Positions 4,918 through 5,002 of a stretch of 5,002 nucleotides of DNA are shown here, piece after piece. A program made the translations under genes and the position numbers. The notes under the pieces were generated by a model. The model did not search any database, was not told the DNA's origin, and was given only the letters and a program-made list of their open reading frames with translations. The stretch is from a virus. Numbering within the stretch: position 1 is the stretch's first letter; every line of letters begins with the position of its first letter. The stretch lies in IMG/VR virus record IMGVR_UViG_3300045988_101410. The stretch is one strand, 5' to 3'.

Positions 4918-5002
4918 AAACGATACCTCCTAACAAAAAAAATACTGGGATTTTAAAGAGCATAGGTTAAACGCAATTACATTATAACACTAATCCATAA
5001 AA
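4884..5002. repeat. Second copy of the terminal redundancy (circular wrap-around)
   Basis: Identical to 1..119. Confidence 0.95.

Overview
This window is a complete circular ssDNA bacteriophage genome of the Microviridae, subfamily Gokushovirinae-like. It is given as the strand complementary to the coding (virion-sense) strand, so all six genes read on the minus strand. The first 119 nt (1..119) are repeated exactly at 4884..5002, so the unique circle is 4883 nt and the window was linearised with wrap-around overlap. Gene content in coding-sense order is: VP4 rolling-circle replication initiator (4478..3579, with motif I FVTLT, an HUH motif HYHVIF and catalytic YVARYVTK); a 93-aa VP5-like protein (3577..3296); VP3 internal scaffolding protein (about 3306..2839, with a C-terminal (T/K)PEP x5 repeat); VP1 major capsid protein (2667..1099); VP2 minor capsid/DNA-pilot protein (1048..107); and a 39-aa very basic J/ORF8-like DNA-binding protein (4917..4798). 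The last one is not in the six-frame track, has a near-perfect Shine-Dalgarno site, and crosses the circular junction. Every gene has an AAGGAG-type ribosome-binding site, which argues for a host that uses Shine-Dalgarno sites. Noteworthy non-coding structure: (1) two near-identical G5-loop-C5 stem-loops placed 11-12 nt upstream of the VP2 and VP4 ribosome-binding sites; (2) a 171-nt VP3-VP1 intergenic region packed with three hairpins and poly-T/poly-A runs that read as terminators on both strands, plus a TTGACA-17-TATTAT promoter-like element on the antisense (+) strand, making a candidate ~100-nt antisense RNA; (3) an extended -10 (TGTTATAAT) immediately after the VP2 stop; (4) a 319-nt AT-rich non-coding stretch (4479..4797) that is the best candidate for the origin/promoter region. 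The gene order VP4-VP5-VP3-VP1-VP2-ORF8 places VP3 before VP1 rather than after VP2 as in canonical gokushoviruses. No tRNA, rRNA, CRISPR or integrase is evident.
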